32,000 bases of DNA from Microcystis aeruginosa NIES-843 (GCF_000010625.1 NC_010296.1:5490001-5522000); one strand, 5' to 3'. Shown: positions 16,759 to 26,496, counted from the first letter of the stretch. Translations and numbers: made by a program. The notes: generated by a model from the sequence alone, not told the origin.

Positions 16759-17947
16759 ATGGAAAAAGCCTATTCTTACCGATTTTACCCCACACCCGAA
16801 CAAGAGTCGCTATTGCGGCGCACTTTGGGCTGTGTAAGATTAGTTTACAACAAAGCTCTCCACGAACGAACACAAGCATGGTACGAAAAGCAAGAAAGAG
16901 TAGGCTACGCTCAAACTTCTTCAATGTTGACCGATTGGAAAAAACAAGAAGAATTAGACTTTTTAAACGAAGTTAGCTGTGTACCTTTACAACAAGGGTT
17001 AAGACACCTACAAACAGCTTTCACTAATTTCTTTGCTGGTCGTACTAAGTATCCTAACTTTAAGAAAAAACATCAGGGAGGAAGTGCCGAATTTACCAAA
17101 TCTGCTTTTAAATTTAAAGACAGACAAGTCTATTTAGCTAAATGCACAGAACCTTTACCTATTCGATGGTCAAGACAAATACCAGAAAGCTGTGAACCAA
17201 GCACAGTAACAGTCAGATTACATCCATCTGGACGTTGGCATATTTCAATTAGATTTGATGACCCAACGATTAAGCCATTACCAGTAACAGATAAAGCCAT
17301 CGGAATTGACTTAGGAATTAGTAGCCTCGTGATTACCAGCGATGGCGATAAAGTATCTAATCCTAAGCATTTTAAAAAGCATTATCAGAGACTGCGAAAG
17401 GCCCAAAAAAGCCTTTCTAGAAAACAGAAAGGGTCAAAAAATCGGGAAAAAGCAAGAATCAAAGTAGCCAAGATTCACGCTCAAATCACCGATAGTAGAA
17501 AAGACCATTTACACAAGCTAACCACTCAATTAGTTCGTGAAAACCAAACGATTGTGGTTGAGAATTTAGCCGTCAAGAATATGGTCAAAAACCCGAAATT
17601 ATCTCAGGCAATATCTGATGTAAGCTGGGGAGAAATCACTCGACAATTAGCCTATAAATGCCGTTGGTATGGGAGAAACTACATCGAAATAGATAGATGG
17701 TTTCCTAGCTCTAAAAGGTGTAGTAATTGCGGGTATATTGCCCTTGAAAATGCCGTTAAATGTTCGAGAATGGGATTGTCCAGACTGTGGGACGCACCAT
17801 GACCGAGATATTAACGCCAGTAAAAATATTTTGGCCGCAGGGCTTGCGGTGTCAGTCTGTAGAGCGACCATAAGACCAGAACAGAGTAAATCTGTTAAGG
17901 CAGGTGCGAAAAATCCTTCGGGAAAGAAGCAGAAACCCAAATCGTGA
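16759..17947 (+). pseudogene. tnpB: tnpB (RNA-guided endonuclease, IS605 OrfB family) interrupted by a frameshift
   Basis: MEKAYSYRFYPTPEQ...LLRRTLGCVRLVYNKAL... is the classic TnpB N-terminus. The frame changes near 17738-17745: ORF1 ends ...[13 protein letters not shown]...*, and the +1 frame continues [35 protein letters not shown] (zinc finger/RuvC-III). Confidence 0.85.
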
Positions 17948-17989
17948 GGTTTGGGAATCGCCGTCCGTTTACGGCGGTGAGGATGTCAA
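17790..17989 (+). ncRNA. candidate omega-RNA scaffold overlapping the tnpB 3' end and RE
   Basis: Called from position and its conservation with the mini-element 3' module (1750-1820). The 5' end was not determined. Confidence 0.4.
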
Positions 17990-18055
17990 GGACGGTGAGC
18001 TTGTCGAATCCGTTGATCGAGCCTCGACGGGCCTTTTTTTGGAGTTGATCGAACC

Positions 18056-19801
18056 ATGTTGCAAGGATGGATTCAAATCGCGCTCACGATCCTGATAATC
18101 GTGGCAATCACCCCCTTTTTCGGGCGCTATATGGCTAGGGTTTTCATGGAACGGAGAACCCTACTCGACCCACTGTGCGATCGAGTCGAGAGTCTTCTTT
18201 ACACCTTCGTCGGGGTGAAAGGGAAAGAGAATATGACCGGCTGGCAGTACACCCGCGCCGTTCTCTACAGTAACGCGGTAATAGCAATTCTGGTTTTTTC
18301 CCTGATTGCGGGCCAAGGAGTCCTTCCCCTCAACCCGACGGGGATCCCCGCCCCTTCTTGGGACACCACGCTACATACGACGATTTCCTTTATCACCAAC
18401 AGCGACCAACAGCATTATTCCGGAGAAACCACCCTCAGCTACGGGAGTCAGATCTGGGGTCTCGGGTACCAGATGTTCACCTCGGCCGGAACCGGTCTAG
18501 CGGTGGGGATCGCCTTTATTCGGGGACTGACGGGGCGACCGTTGGGCAATTTCTACGTGGATCTGATCCGAGCGATCACCCGTATCCTCTTACCGATCTC
18601 GATCGTGGGGGCAATTGCCCTGATCATCGCCGGAGTCCCGGAAACCCTCGCGGGCCCGGCGATCTTGCCGACGCTAGAAAACCCCAACCTGAGTCAGGCG
18701 ATCGCCCGCGGTCCAGTGGCCCACTTCGAGATTATTAAGGAATTGGGAGAAAACGGCGGTGGCTTTTTTGCCAGCAACTCGGCCCACCCCTTTGAAAACC
18801 CGAACGGATTCGTCAATCTGGTGCAGTTGGTAGCGATTCTCTCGATTCCCACCTCCCTGATCTATACCTACGGGGTTTTCGCCGATAATCTCAAGCAAGC
18901 TCGGTTAATCTATCTAATTCCCCTCGGTATCTTCATCGGCTTTACGATCATCACAGCGATCGGGGAATATAACGGCAACCAGGCGGTTAACTCCCTGCTA
19001 GGGGTGGAGCGAGCGGTTAACTTCGAGGGCAAAGAAGTACGCTTCGGTTGGGCGCAATCGGCCCTGTACGCGGTAACTACCACGGCCACCATGTGCGGTG
19101 CGGTGATCGCCATGCACGATTCCTTGATGCCGAACGGCGGCTTCGCCACCCTCTCGAATCTGTTCCTGCAAATCGTTTTCGGCGGCCAGGGAACCGGCAC
19201 CGCCTACCTGTTTGCCTATCTGATCCTTGCGGTATTCGTCACCGGGCTAATGGTGGGGCGAACCCCCGAATTCCTCGGGCGCAAAATCGAGAAACGGGAA
19301 GTGGTGTTAGCGAGTTTTTTAATTCTGCTGGTTCACCCGATCGCCATCCTCATCCCCGGAGCGATCGCCCTTGCCTTTCCCGACTTTCAGGGCATCAGTA
19401 ACCCCGGCTTTCACGGATTATCTCAAGTTATCTACGAGTACGCTTCCGCCGCCGCCAATAACGGGTCGGGATTCGAGGGACTAGGGGATTCCCAACCTGC
19501 GCCGCTTGCGATTGCGGCTGGTGCCAAACCGACGATTACCGCTCTCTGGTGGAATCTAAGCGCCTGCTTCAGTTTACTCGCCGGACGGTATATCCCGATC
19601 GCTGCCCTGCTCTTGTTAGCCGATGGGATGTCCCGCAAACAACCGGTTCCCGCCACCACCGGAACCCTCCGCACCGATACCGGACTCTTTACCAGCGTGA
19701 CGGCGGGGGTGATTTTAATTCTCGGTGCGCTCACTTTCTTGCCGATATTAGCCCTCGGGCCGATCGCGGAAGCCTTTCAAATCACCCGGATGATCGGCTA
19801 G
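18056..19801 (+). CDS. kdpA: potassium-transporting ATPase subunit A
   Basis: 581 aa and polytopic. [10 protein letters not shown]...[10 protein letters not shown]...[10 protein letters not shown]...[20 protein letters not shown] are KdpA hallmarks. Confidence 0.95.
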   Translation: MLQGWIQIALTILIIVAITPFFGRYMARVFMERRTLLDPLCDRVESLLYTFVGVKGKENMTGWQYTRAVLYSNAVIAILVFSLIAGQGVLPLNPTGIPAPSWDTTLHTTISFITNSDQQHYSGETTLSYGSQIWGLGYQMFTSAGTGLAVGIAFIRGLTGRPLGNFYVDLIRAITRILLPISIVGAIALIIAGVPETLAGPAILPTLENPNLSQAIARGPVAHFEIIKELGENGGGFFASNSAHPFENPNGFVNLVQLVAILSIPTSLIYTYGVFADNLKQARLIYLIPLGIFIGFTIITAIGEYNGNQAVNSLLGVERAVNFEGKEVRFGWAQSALYAVTTTATMCGAVIAMHDSLMPNGGFATLSNLFLQIVFGGQGTGTAYLFAYLILAVFVTGLMVGRTPEFLGRKIEKREVVLASFLILLVHPIAILIPGAIALAFPDFQGISNPGFHGLSQVIYEYASAAANNGSGFEGLGDSQPAPLAIAAGAKPTITALWWNLSACFSLLAGRYIPIAALLLLADGMSRKQPVPATTGTLRTDTGLFTSVTAGVILILGALTFLPILALGPIAEAFQITRMIG

Positions 19802-19810
19802 GAGTTTAGA

Positions 19811-20028
19811 CAGGGTTTGCGGCAAAAAGTTTTTCCGGGGGGTAGGGTGTGGGGTGTGGGGTGTGGGGTGTGGGGTTTTACCAGTTTTGAGGTGGCCAAT
19901 TACCTAATTTTCAGGGAAAAAGTGCCTAAATTTCCCCCCGATCACTCCCAGATACAGTACTTTTTGATTGACAAAAGGTCTAAAAGTCTTACCCAACAAG
20001 GTTTTTAGATTTATTCAACCAGCCCTAG
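19811..20028 (+). mobile_element. MITE copy B, filling the kdpA-kdpB spacer
   Basis: cA|GGGTTTGCGGCAAAAAGTTTTTCC...(GGGGTGT)x4...CCAATTACCTAATTTTCAGGG...CCAACAAGGTTTTTAGATTTATTCAACCAGCCC|TA. Confidence 0.75.
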
Positions 20029-20035
20029 ATAATTT

Positions 20036-22195
20036 ATGAGAACGAACAAAGGAAATTCTAAATCCTCCCGCCCGTTGCGAGTGCCGAGAGGTCGCCGGGA
20101 CGACCGCCGCCACACCCCCAAGGTAAACCGGACAGGTCTCTATCAACGCGCGATCCGGCAGTCCTTCCTCAAACTCGACCCGCGCATCGCCGTGCGTAAC
20201 CCGGTCCTGTTCGTGGTCTGGTTAGGAACGATCGTCACGGCCCTGGTCACGATCGACCCGCATCTATTCGGCACGATCGCCGGGGATAGGGGACAACAAC
20301 GGCTACTTAACGGCATCATCACCCTCATCCTCTTCTTCACGGTGCTGTTCGCCAACTTCGCCGAGGCGATCGCCGAGGGGCGAGGAAAAGCCCAGGCCGA
20401 TGCCCTGCGCTCCACCCGCAGCGACACGATGGCCCGGAAAATCCTTGCCGACGGCTCGATCGAGTCGGTCAGTTCCACGGCCTTGGGTCGGGGCGATCGG
20501 GTAAAACTGGTGGCCGGGGACGTGATTCCCGCCGACGGGGAAGTGATCGAGGGAATCGGTTCGGTGGATGAATCGGCGATCACCGGAGAATCGGCCCCCG
20601 TCCTCAAACAACCCGGAACCGACATCGCCAGTTCCGTCACCGGCGGCACCAGGCTTCTCTCGGACGAGTTGACAGTGCGGATCACTCAAGATCCCGGCCA
20701 GGGTTTTATCGATCGCATGATCTCCCTCGTGGAAGGGGCCGAGCGCACGAAAACCCCCAACGAGATCGCCCTGACGGTACTTCTGGCCGTGTTAACCCAA
20801 GTCTTTCTAATTGTCGTGGCCACGATTCCGCCGATCGGGAACTATATCGCCGGTTTCCTGGAAACGAGCCTCGGGCCGGCGGTTGCGGATACCTTTCGGG
20901 CCGGTTCCAGTATCGCCATCTTGATCTCGCTCCTCGTCGCCCTCATTCCCACGACGATCGGCGGTTTATTGAGCGCGATCGGCATCGCCGGGATGGATCG
21001 TGTGGCTCAGTTTAACGTCATCGCCACCTCCGGGCGCGCGGTGGAAGCCTGCGGCGACGTGAATACCCTCCTTCTCGACAAAACGGGAACGATCACCCTC
21101 GGAAACCGACTGGCTGACGAATTTATCCCCGTGAACGGTCATAACCTCGAGGAATTAGCCCGCATCTGTCTAGCGGCCAGCCTTTTCGACGAAACCCCGG
21201 AAGGACGCTCGATCATTGCCTTAGCCCGGAATTTGGGCGCGAACCTCGATATCGATGGCCAACCCGGCGAGGGAATCGAATTCTCCGCTCGTACCCGCAT
21301 GAGCGGCACCGATAGGGCCGGCGAGGAATACCGTAAGGGAGCCGTAGACGCGATTAAAGGTTTCGTCCGTTCCCGCGGTGGTTCCGTTCCCGAAACCCTC
21401 GATGAGGCACAGGAAAGGGTTTCCCGTTTGGGGGGAACTCCCCTCGCCGTCTGTCGGGGTAACGATATCTACGGGGTGATCTATCTCAAGGACATCGTGA
21501 AGCCGGGATTAAAAGAGCGTTTCGACCAATTACGGCGCATGGGTGTGAGAACGATCATGCTCACCGGCGACAACCAGATCACGGCGGCGGTGATCGCGGC
21601 GGAGGCGGGGGTGGATGATTTTATCGCCGAGGCCACCCCAGAAGATAAGATCGAGGTGATCCGTCGCGAGCAATCCCAGGGCAAGTTAGTTGCTATGACG
21701 GGGGACGGAACCAACGACGCACCGGCACTGGCCCAGGCTAATGTCGGTGTGGCGATGAACTCCGGAACCCAAGCGGCGAAGGAGGCGGCCAATATGGTGG
21801 ATCTCGATTCCGACCCGACCAAGCTGATCGATTTAGTGACCATCGGCAAACAGTTACTCATTACCCGCGGCGCCCTGACCACGTTTTCGGTAGCCAACGA
21901 TATCGCTAAGTATTTCGCCATTATCCCGACGATTTTCGCCGCTGCCGGGATCGGTGCTTTAAACATCATGGGTTTGAAAAGCGCTCAATCGGCGATCGTC
22001 TCAGCCCTGATCTACAATGCCCTGATTATCCCCGTTTTGATTCCCCTGGCACTTAAAGGCGTTCAATTTCGCCCGCTCACCGCTGACCAACTATTGCGGC
22101 GCAATATCCTCATCTACGGCGTGGGGGGCGTGATTGCCCCGTTTATTGCTATTAAGATTATTGATGAGATAATTTCAGCGATCGGGTTGAGGTAA
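20036..22195 (+). CDS. kdpB: potassium-transporting ATPase subunit B (P-type ATPase)
   Basis: [11 protein letters not shown] phosphorylation motif, [22 protein letters not shown]. The basic N-terminal extension is typical of cyanobacterial KdpB. Confidence 0.95.
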   Translation: MRTNKGNSKSSRPLRVPRGRRDDRRHTPKVNRTGLYQRAIRQSFLKLDPRIAVRNPVLFVVWLGTIVTALVTIDPHLFGTIAGDRGQQRLLNGIITLILFFTVLFANFAEAIAEGRGKAQADALRSTRSDTMARKILADGSIESVSSTALGRGDRVKLVAGDVIPADGEVIEGIGSVDESAITGESAPVLKQPGTDIASSVTGGTRLLSDELTVRITQDPGQGFIDRMISLVEGAERTKTPNEIALTVLLAVLTQVFLIVVATIPPIGNYIAGFLETSLGPAVADTFRAGSSIAILISLLVALIPTTIGGLLSAIGIAGMDRVAQFNVIATSGRAVEACGDVNTLLLDKTGTITLGNRLADEFIPVNGHNLEELARICLAASLFDETPEGRSIIALARNLGANLDIDGQPGEGIEFSARTRMSGTDRAGEEYRKGAVDAIKGFVRSRGGSVPETLDEAQERVSRLGGTPLAVCRGNDIYGVIYLKDIVKPGLKERFDQLRRMGVRTIMLTGDNQITAAVIAAEAGVDDFIAEATPEDKIEVIRREQSQGKLVAMTGDGTNDAPALAQANVGVAMNSGTQAAKEAANMVDLDSDPTKLIDLVTIGKQLLITRGALTTFSVANDIAKYFAIIPTIFAAAGIGALNIMGLKSAQSAIVSALIYNALIIPVLIPLALKGVQFRPLTADQLLRRNILIYGVGGVIAPFIAIKIIDEIISAIGLR

Positions 22196-22479
22196 TGGGA
22201 AAATCGGCAATATTTAAGCCTAGTTTATTCGGATTGAAGCACTCGAATCGGGATTTTAGCCAAAAAGAAACATGGGGTAAAAATCAATTTAACTCCTCAT
22301 TTCCAGCTTCTTTGTGCGCTTACTTGGATGGGAAAGGACTGAAAAATGTATATCTGAAACTTGACGAAAATTTAAAAATTCAACCTGCGGAGTTAAGTAC
22401 AAAAGAGTTATACGGTCTAGCTCCCGATTCCGATCATTTATTTTATGCTTTCGAGAGTCAATTTAGAGGAGGGAGCAAA
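22195..22479 (+). pseudogene. 5' stub (~95 codons) of a probable type II restriction endonuclease gene, fused in frame to the MTase ORF
   Basis: The ATG overlaps the kdpB stop (TAATG). FGLKHSNRDFSQKETWGKNQFNSSFPASLCAYL resembles N-termini I associate with HindVP-type REases, a weak recollection. It runs without a stop into the SD/ATG of the MTase. Confidence 0.35.
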
Positions 22480-23038
22480 ATGATCACAATCGATTTATTC
22501 GCTGGTTGTGGTGGTTTATCTTTAGGTTTCCAGAAAGCGGGGTTTACTATTGTGGCCGCATTTGATAATTGGATACCTGCTATAGATGTCTATAGAAATA
22601 ACTTTAGTCATCCGATATTTAATGTCGATTTATCTAGAGAATCTAGCCAAGAAATATTTGCTCAATATAATCCTGAGATTATTGTCGGCAGCCCTCCTTG
22701 TCAAGACTTTTCCAGTGCGGGTAAGAGAGACGAGGGTTTAGGACGAGCGAATCTAACGCTCACATTCGCTGAAATTGTAACTGGAGTAAGTCCGCAATGG
22801 TTTGTTATGGAAAATGTGGATAGAATTGAGAAAAGTAAAATACTCACTCAAGCAAAACAAATTTTTAAAAGCCATGGTTATGGTTTAACTGAAAAAGTTA
22901 TTAATTCTTGTTACTGCGGAGTTCCTCAAACTAGAAAAAGATATTTTCTGATCGGTAAAATGAAGGAAGAAGATGATTTTTTAATCGATGAAATTAATGA
23001 AAATCTATCAAGTCAACCTCTGACTGTATTTGACTATA

Positions 23039-23149
23039 GCATTTCCTAAGCTAGTGAGGTACACCTATTTTTCTTCCCTTTTGCCTTCTGCCTCTTGCCT
23101 TTTGCCTAAAACCCATCACTTTTGTACCTCAGCAGACTGAAAAACGCTA
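23039..23149. mobile_element. 111-bp MITE inside the MTase gene
   Basis: Imperfect 25-bp TIRs: GCATTTCCTAAGCTAGTGAGGTACA vs the reverse complement of the right end, GCGTTTTTCAGTCTGCTGAGGTACA (17/25). TATA direct repeats lie at 23035-23038 and 23150-23153. Removing 115 bp joins ...TVFDY to MGKELDIEYYY in frame. Confidence 0.55.
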
Positions 23150-23435
23150 TATATGGGCAAAGAATTAGATATAGAATACTATTATAGACATCCTAGAAGC
23201 TATCAAAGAAGGGCGATATTCAGTATTTATGAACCTAGCCCTACTATTCGAGGAGTAAATCGACCAGTTCCCAAAACCTATCGACAACATCCCGGGGATG
23301 CTTGTCATCTTAAGGAAAAATTAAGACCGCTAACAACGAGGGAGCGAAGCTATATCCAAACTTTCCCTAAAGACTTTATTTTTGCTGGAACAAAATCTAA
23401 TCTAGAACAAATGATTGGCAATGCTGTTCCTATTA

Positions 23436-24385
23436 TAGTCATTTCAAATAAGTGTGAGACGAGGGAAAAATAAGGTAAAATCAAGAGAAACGAGCAACCC
23501 ATACAGAAAAATGTCTTATAGCCTAGACTTGAGAAAAAAAGTAATCGATTATGTAGAGAATGGGGGAAGCATAACCAAAGCCGCCGCTCTATTTAATATA
23601 GGAAGAGCGACGATATATAGATGGCTAGGTAGGGAAAAACTGGAAGCAACAAAGGTAAAACACCGTCAGAGAAAGCTGGACTGGAAAGCACTGTCAAAAG
23701 ATGTCCAAGAAAATCCCGAGGCAAGATTAAGAGACAGAGCCGAGAAATTTGGAGTGAGACCAAGTGCCATTTGCTATGCCTTAAAAAACATGAAAGTTAC
23801 CAGAAAAAAGAAGGAACTTCGTTATAGAGAAAGAAACCGAGAAGAAAGAATGAAATACTACAGAGTGCTGAGAGAATTGATTAAAATATATGGAAGTGAA
23901 AGCCTTGTATTTATTGATGAGTCAGGGTTTGAAGAATTTCAAGCCTGTTTTTATGCTTGGTCAAAAAAAGGGAAGAAAGTCTTTGGAGATAGACAAGGAA
24001 AACGAGGAAAAAGAGAGAACCTTGTCGCTGGTAGAAGAAAGGGAAAAAAAGACTTTATTGCACCGATGGTATTTACGAGAAGCCTGAATGCCGAAGGTTT
24101 TGAAGGGTGGTTATCTTTATATTTGTTGCCCTCTCTAACCATAACATCAGTATTAATTATGGATAATGCACCAATTCATCGGAAGACAGTCATTAAACAA
24201 CTGGTAGAGGAAGCAGGTCATCAGGTCGTGTTTTTGCCAAAATACTCTCCTGATTTAAATGATATCGAACATGATTTTAGTGCATTAAAGAGGGCAAGAA
24301 TGTATGCTCCTGTGGGGACACCCCTTGATGAAATTATTCGTACTTATTGTGTCGCCTAGTGTCTCGTTCTTATTTGAAATAACTA
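23436..24385 (+). mobile_element. IS630-family insertion sequence (950 bp) with TA target duplication
   Basis: TIRs are TAGTCATTTCAAATAAG...GAGAC and, from the right end's reverse complement, TAGTTATTTCAAATAAG...GAGAC. Flanking TA at 23434-23435 and 24386-24387. Excision restores GNAVPINLARYVGQCILNY. Confidence 0.85.
23511..24359 (+). CDS. IS630-family DDE transposase
   Basis: N-terminal HTH (ITKAAALFNIGRATIYRWL). DDE residues lie in FIDESG, IMDNAPIH and SPDLNDIEHDFS. Start taken at MSYSLDLRKK; the ORF track starts at 23454. Confidence 0.85.
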   Translation: MSYSLDLRKKVIDYVENGGSITKAAALFNIGRATIYRWLGREKLEATKVKHRQRKLDWKALSKDVQENPEARLRDRAEKFGVRPSAICYALKNMKVTRKKKELRYRERNREERMKYYRVLRELIKIYGSESLVFIDESGFEEFQACFYAWSKKGKKVFGDRQGKRGKRENLVAGRRKGKKDFIAPMVFTRSLNAEGFEGWLSLYLLPSLTITSVLIMDNAPIHRKTVIKQLVEEAGHQVVFLPKYSPDLNDIEHDFSALKRARMYAPVGTPLDEIIRTYCVA

Positions 24386-24511
24386 TAATTTGGCTAGATA
24401 TGTAGGCCAATGTATTCTTAACTATGAATTGAAAAAAGGGAAAAAGACAACCTATCGACAACTACAGCTAAGTAAGTGGTTATAATTAAATTGAAAATAG
24501 ATTTTGTCTTT

Positions 24512-24585
24512 GATCCCCCCTTAATCCCCCCTTGATAAGGGGGGTGTCGATCCCCCCTTAATCCCCCCTTGATAAGGGGGGTGTC
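24512..24585. repeat. 2 x 37-bp tandem repeat, each unit a C6/G6 hairpin
   Basis: The unit GATCCCCCCTTAATCCCCCCTTGATAAGGGGGGTGTC is repeated exactly (24512-24548, 24549-24585). Confidence 0.9.
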
Positions 24586-24661
24586 TGATAATTTTTAACG
24601 CCTACCTACTTATTTTCTTGATTTACTGGCAAAAACAAATCTCCAAAAAACTCTAATTCTT

Positions 24662-24868
24662 ATGAAAGCAGCCCCTAGAAAATACCGATTTTTTGGGTAC
24701 ATTTTCTTAAATTTCTGTCTAACAATTCTTTTCTCCTCCATCGTTCAAGCTTCTACGGGAAGCACTATCGATAGGGGGCAAGCCTCTGCATTAACCCTTT
24801 TAGGATTAGTCGCCTTTGCTTTATTTATCTATCTGTTCTTGGTCATCTTTGTACCGGAGAGGTTTTAA
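24662..24868 (+). CDS. small two-TM protein with a KdpF-like C-terminus (KdpF/KdpG-type subunit)
   Basis: The C-terminal LLGLVAFALFIYLFLVIFVPERF* matches the KdpF consensus ending (..YL..AL..PE.F). It sits between kdpB and kdpC. Confidence 0.55.
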   Translation: MKAAPRKYRFFGYIFLNFCLTILFSSIVQASTGSTIDRGQASALTLLGLVAFALFIYLFLVIFVPERF

Positions 24869-24966
24869 GAGATTTCTGGCACAATTAATTTTTGAGAGTT
24901 CAAAAATGGGAAAAAGCAGAAAATCTCTAAATAGACTCTTTCATTGATTGTTGTTTATTCTTAATT

Positions 24967-25032
24967 CTCCTGACTCCTGACTACTGGCTCCTGACTCCTA
25001 ACTCCACCAACAAACTTTTTCAGTAAACCCTA
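24967..25032. repeat. CTCCTGA-type repeat module ending in a MITE-type terminus, directly upstream of kdpC
   Basis: ctcctgactcctgactactggctcctgactcctaactccaccaacaaactttttcagtaaacccTA; compare 12640-12702 and 29941-29974. Confidence 0.7.
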
Positions 25033-25035
25033 ATT

Positions 25036-25680
25036 ATGAGTTTTGCACGCGAGGCCGGTAGAGCCATCCGTTCTACCCTAGTTCTCTGGGTAATTACTGC
25101 CCTGATCTATCCTTTCTCGATGATCGCCATCGGTCAAATTCTTTTTCCCTGGCAAGCAAACGGGAGTTTAATTACCAATAATCAAGGTCAAGTGGTGGGT
25201 TCGGCTCTAATTGGGCAACCTTTCATCAGCGATCGCTATTTTAATAGTCGTCCGAGTACCACCAACTACAGTACGGCCGATCCGAAAAACGATCCTAACA
25301 AAGTCCTGCAAACCGGAATTTCGGGGGCGAGTAACCTAGCTCCCAGTAACCCCGCATTAATCGATCGCATTAAAGGAAAACCCGATCCCGATCCGGCAAA
25401 AGCTATACAGGGGGAGATTCCCCGATTAGAGAAAGGGGCAATTAAACCCACCGCGGCTCTGGTGTACACCTCCGGTTCTGGTCTTGATCCCCATATCACC
25501 CCGGAGGCCGCCAGAGCGCAGATCGAGCGGGTGGCGCGGGTGCGGGGATTACCGACGAATCAAGTGGAGATCCTCGTTACCAAAAACACCGACGAGCGCT
25601 TTCTCGGCATCTTCGGCGAACCGGGGGTTAACCTACTGAAACTGAATCTGGCTCTAGATGCGATCGCAAATACCCGATAG
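25036..25680 (+). CDS. kdpC: potassium-transporting ATPase subunit C
   Basis: N-terminal TM segment, then ...FPWQANGSLI...GSALIGQPF....YF.SRPS...SGASNLAPSNP...SGSGLDPHITPEAA..Q..RVA..RGL. Confidence 0.9.
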   Translation: MSFAREAGRAIRSTLVLWVITALIYPFSMIAIGQILFPWQANGSLITNNQGQVVGSALIGQPFISDRYFNSRPSTTNYSTADPKNDPNKVLQTGISGASNLAPSNPALIDRIKGKPDPDPAKAIQGEIPRLEKGAIKPTAALVYTSGSGLDPHITPEAARAQIERVARVRGLPTNQVEILVTKNTDERFLGIFGEPGVNLLKLNLALDAIANTR

Positions 25681-25812
25681 GGCCTCTGATACTCAATCCT
25701 GTTTAAAAGGTATAGGAAAGTGGGAAGAGAGAGTTTGCCTTTAAAAACCCCAACTTAGTAGATTTACAAACATGGGATGCAGCCGCTAAAAAACTAACTG
25801 GGAGAGGATGGT

Positions 25813-26496
25813 TTAGCTGATCTTACCTTGGGATTCACATTTAAAACCTTCATCGTGCCAAGCTTCTAAATCAACGGAATTTAAGGGAATGACTTGCCAA
25901 CAGGGGGGAGAGATTAATTGTCCGACAAAAGCCCAAATTATACTTCTAGTCACATCTAACCCAGTTTTTAGCTTTGATTCGTGATTACCCGGGATACCAA
26001 TTTCTCGGACTGCATCGATTTCTACTGCTATACCGTGGGATTGCAAGTGAATTGCTGCTAACCATTTAGCGCGGGGTAAATGAGTAGGAGAGGTGACAAC
26101 TTTTACTTTATGTACTCCCCATTGTTTTAAAATTGGCACGGCAAAGAAAAAATTGCCGAAGGTAGAATCAGCACACTTTTCTAACCAGACGTTAGTTTTT
26201 GGCGCTTTTGCCCGTTCAAATAGTAATAAAATACAGGGGTCTTTCGAGCCTTGGGAAATTAAAATCGGTATATCGGGGTATTGCTGGGCTAGATTGGCTA
26301 CATAAATTTCCCGACGAATGCTGCCCCCCAAAACTAAGATGGCATCAACGGGTTTTTGTTGATTAATTGGCAAGCGGATGGCTAAATTAATCGCTAAATT
26401 AAAGATAATAAACCCAAAAACCAGAATCGGAGTTAGTTTTAACCATCTTTGCCAATGCCGGTGTTTACGAGCAACATTTTTCGGTTTTTTCGCCAT
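25813..26496 (-). CDS. YdcF/ElyC (DUF218) family protein
   Basis: N-terminal TM segment, then VDAILVLGGS...STFGNFFFA...VKVVTSPTHLPRA. Confidence 0.7.
   Translation of the reverse strand: MAKKPKNVARKHRHWQRWLKLTPILVFGFIIFNLAINLAIRLPINQQKPVDAILVLGGSIRREIYVANLAQQYPDIPILISQGSKDPCILLLFERAKAPKTNVWLEKCADSTFGNFFFAVPILKQWGVHKVKVVTSPTHLPRAKWLAAIHLQSHGIAVEIDAVREIGIPGNHESKLKTGLDVTRSIIWAFVGQLISPPCWQVIPLNSVDLEAWHDEGFKCESQGKIS

Larger units (their letters stand above)
16665..17989 (+). mobile_element. IS200/IS605-family element carrying tnpB only (IS1341-like)
   Basis: LE hairpin CCGCCG-tttta-CGGCGG (about 16691-16707). RE hairpin CGCCGT-ccgttt-ACGGCG, ending ...GAGGATGTCAA at 17989. tnpB lies between them and no tnpA is present. 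Confidence 0.85.
22480..24485 (+). pseudogene. DNA (cytosine-5) methyltransferase, interrupted by a 111-bp MITE and an IS630 element
   Basis: Motif I DLFAGCGGLSLGF, IV GSPPCQDFS, VI ENV, VIII QTRKRYF, then (after the insertion) IX RPLTTRERSYIQTFP and X GNAVP. Conceptual excision of both insertions restores one ORF ending at TAA 24483-24485. Confidence 0.8.

Noticed and set aside
18020-18045. T7 run (18034-18040) as a terminator between the IS and kdpA
   Set aside because: Only a 4-bp palindrome (TCGAgccTCGA) precedes it, and I could not draw a convincing GC-rich stem.
17990-18055. K+/c-di-AMP-type riboswitch or KdpE operator upstream of kdpA
   Set aside because: Only 66 nt remain between the IS end and the ATG, and I see no extended conserved structure. 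It cannot be assessed without covariance models.
17904-18095. 63-aa ORF bridging the IS right end and the kdpA start
   Set aside because: It spans the RE hairpin and the kdpA SD/ATG in another frame and shows no coding signal.
20143-20685. Long antisense ORFs inside kdpB (also those inside kdpA, e.g. 18910..19200 and 19432..19734)
   Set aside because: These are typical stop-codon-poor antisense frames of GC-rich coding DNA. The sense-strand KdpA/KdpB assignments are unambiguous.
24512-24585. CRISPR array (this tandem repeat and the heptamer arrays elsewhere)
   Set aside because: The repeats are directly adjacent with no unique spacers. Unit sizes (7-8 nt, or 37 nt x2) and the lack of cas genes do not fit CRISPR.
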